A stretch of DNA of 64,000 nt from Pavona decussata. Lineage: Eukaryota. The translations under genes and the position numbers were made by a program. Of the stretch, positions 62,701 to 64,000 are shown one piece after another. How positions within the stretch are numbered: the first letter of the stretch is position 1; every line of letters begins with the position of its first letter. The notes below the pieces were generated by a model. The model saw only the letters and a program-made list of their open reading frames with translations. It had not been told where the DNA came from and did not search any database. The stretch spans positions 434,001 to 498,000 of the forward strand of contig CDRNST010000051.1 of the NCBI GenBank assembly GCA_977016875.1. The letters are read 5' to 3'.

Positions 62701-64000
62701 GAAGCACTGTTGTGGTGGAGGTGGGGGATGATGACGGCTGTCATATTATAGGAGCCCTCCACGATTTCGTCGACAAGTATACTTTAACGCTAAATCAGTT
62801 ACAATCTGTTTATTCTTATGCAAAATCGTCGATTGACGGTACAGAAAAGCTCTGTGGCAAACGATCATGCATGACCATAAGTGTCACGCTATACTGTGGT
62901 CCTCACTATCTGGTGCCGGACTGCCGTACGTATTGTGTGTCACGCAACGATAGTTTTGGTCACTAGCAGTGTAACTACACTGCTGGACGTAAAATATGTA
63001 ATGAAGGGTGGTACGATCCCATCACAAATTGTTTAAAGAGACGTAAGCTTTGTACTCCCAGGAATGACTCCTTGTGACATTATAACTGCGATTCTTCCAG
63101 CGGAGAAAAGTTGTGTTAAGACGGGTGGACAGGGGATAATTGCACGGAAGGTGTGTAGCACTTGTTAACGTCACGATACAGTTAGCATATTGTGCTCTTT
63201 GCTAAGCCAAGGTTACCGGCGTCATTGTTTATTTATCTGTTTGTTTTGAATCACACTGCATGTGCGCATGTTTGTTCAAAAAAGACGTCCATTGAAGCTA
63301 CACATACAAAAACGCAAGTTTTTCACTTTTTGGCTGATGGACGTGAATTCATTGACGTAACAGCCTCCGCAAACAAAGAAACTTTGCTGCTTACTGCTCC
63401 TTATAATTTTCATCTGATTGCTCGCGCACGTCCTAAAGCAAATTTTCCTTTCGCAAAAAATGCTTCGCTGAACGCACTCAAACGCGTACAGGGATCAATA
63501 AGGCAGACAAAAAAGGCCTCGGTAGCGAAGAACTGTGGGTTTTGTTGTTTAAGTAGCTCTTCAATTTCAGTGCAAAGGTCAATGTTTAATAGAGACTGAA
63601 ATTCTATGTAACAGCCGTGAAGGTTGAAATAATTTTCAACACTCTCTAACAAACCGACCAAAAGGTTAAATAAGATTTTCATTTACTTTTCAGCTTGTTC
63701 TTATTCACCTTGTCATCAACCGACAATCCATACCCACGAAAGTACTATTGTGGTATTGGCAACGACAGTTACACCAGTTTCCACACCACATGTAGACGTT
63801 GCGATATCGTCAACAAATCCGTCAACCATTGATTTCCCTACAAGTCAGTCTACCGCGCATTACTTTATGACATCTTCATCTATTAGCTCGGTTTTAAGGA
63901 CATTTTCTGAAACAAAGCCCCACAGTTTACTTTACTTCACACCACATTCGTCGACTCTTCTATACGGCTTCCAAACCCAAACGCTACGGTCAATAGATTC
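59740..64000 (+). pseudogene. Delta-like C2/MNNL + 2 DSL units + Ser/Thr-rich stalk with three in-frame stops; runs off the window
   Basis: Exons 59740-59781 (MFIAYIPVLILLIS|GTGAGT), 61622 to gap (LVSYKNP..NGECC..CENYFKFC..LLNPLTYNFSYW), 62700-63150 with TAG 62964, TGA 63075, TAA 63117, and 63694 to beyond 64000 (open, S/T-rich). Confidence 0.82.
60744..61128 (-). mobile_element. Second tRNA-containing permuted element (tRNA-like core 60844-60916) with an inverted terminal arm
   Basis: Reverse-complement homologue of 50314-50644; gaataaatgtgatgg repeated at ~60744 and ~61010; inverted aagtatgcctgtgtc..atacatcattc at 61090-61128. Confidence 0.75.

Noticed and set aside
62964-63119. Stop-codon recoding or selenocysteine in the DSL pseudogene
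   Set aside because: All three stop types occur, two at Tyr and Gly positions and none at Cys; neighbouring genes use the standard code

Overview
Eukaryotic, intron-rich, AT-rich DNA. The gene and repeat content suggests a cnidarian, most likely a stony coral (inference). I rebuilt exon structures by hand from GT-AG boundaries and phase continuity. Three tandem gene arrays are present. (1) Three minus-strand PM20D2-like M20 amidohydrolases at 1-15.2 kb, the first truncated by the window edge. (2) Four atypical Delta/Notch-ligand-like genes built as signal peptide + C2/MNNL domain + tandem interlocked DSL units with no EGF repeats. Two are apparently secreted with 7 units each. One has 15 units, a Ser/Thr stalk, a TM helix and a tail, but carries an in-frame TAA just before the TM. 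One, on the plus strand, is a pseudogene with 2 units and three in-frame stops. (3) Two secreted CAP/SCP (GAPR-1/PR-1-like) genes in a recent segmental duplication: a two-CAP-domain gene with poly-Gly linker and (G)nWRPV tail, and a one-domain gene whose tail is frameshifted away. Intergenic and intronic space holds many MITEs (several with TSDs and empty paralogous sites), SINE, LINE and Penelope fragments, a ~106-bp satellite, a foldback with a hammerhead-like core and a tRNA-bearing ~260-bp permuted repeat. Assembly gaps lie at 46895-47026 and 61910-62039. The strongest candidate for an undescribed system is the C2-polyDSL cluster.
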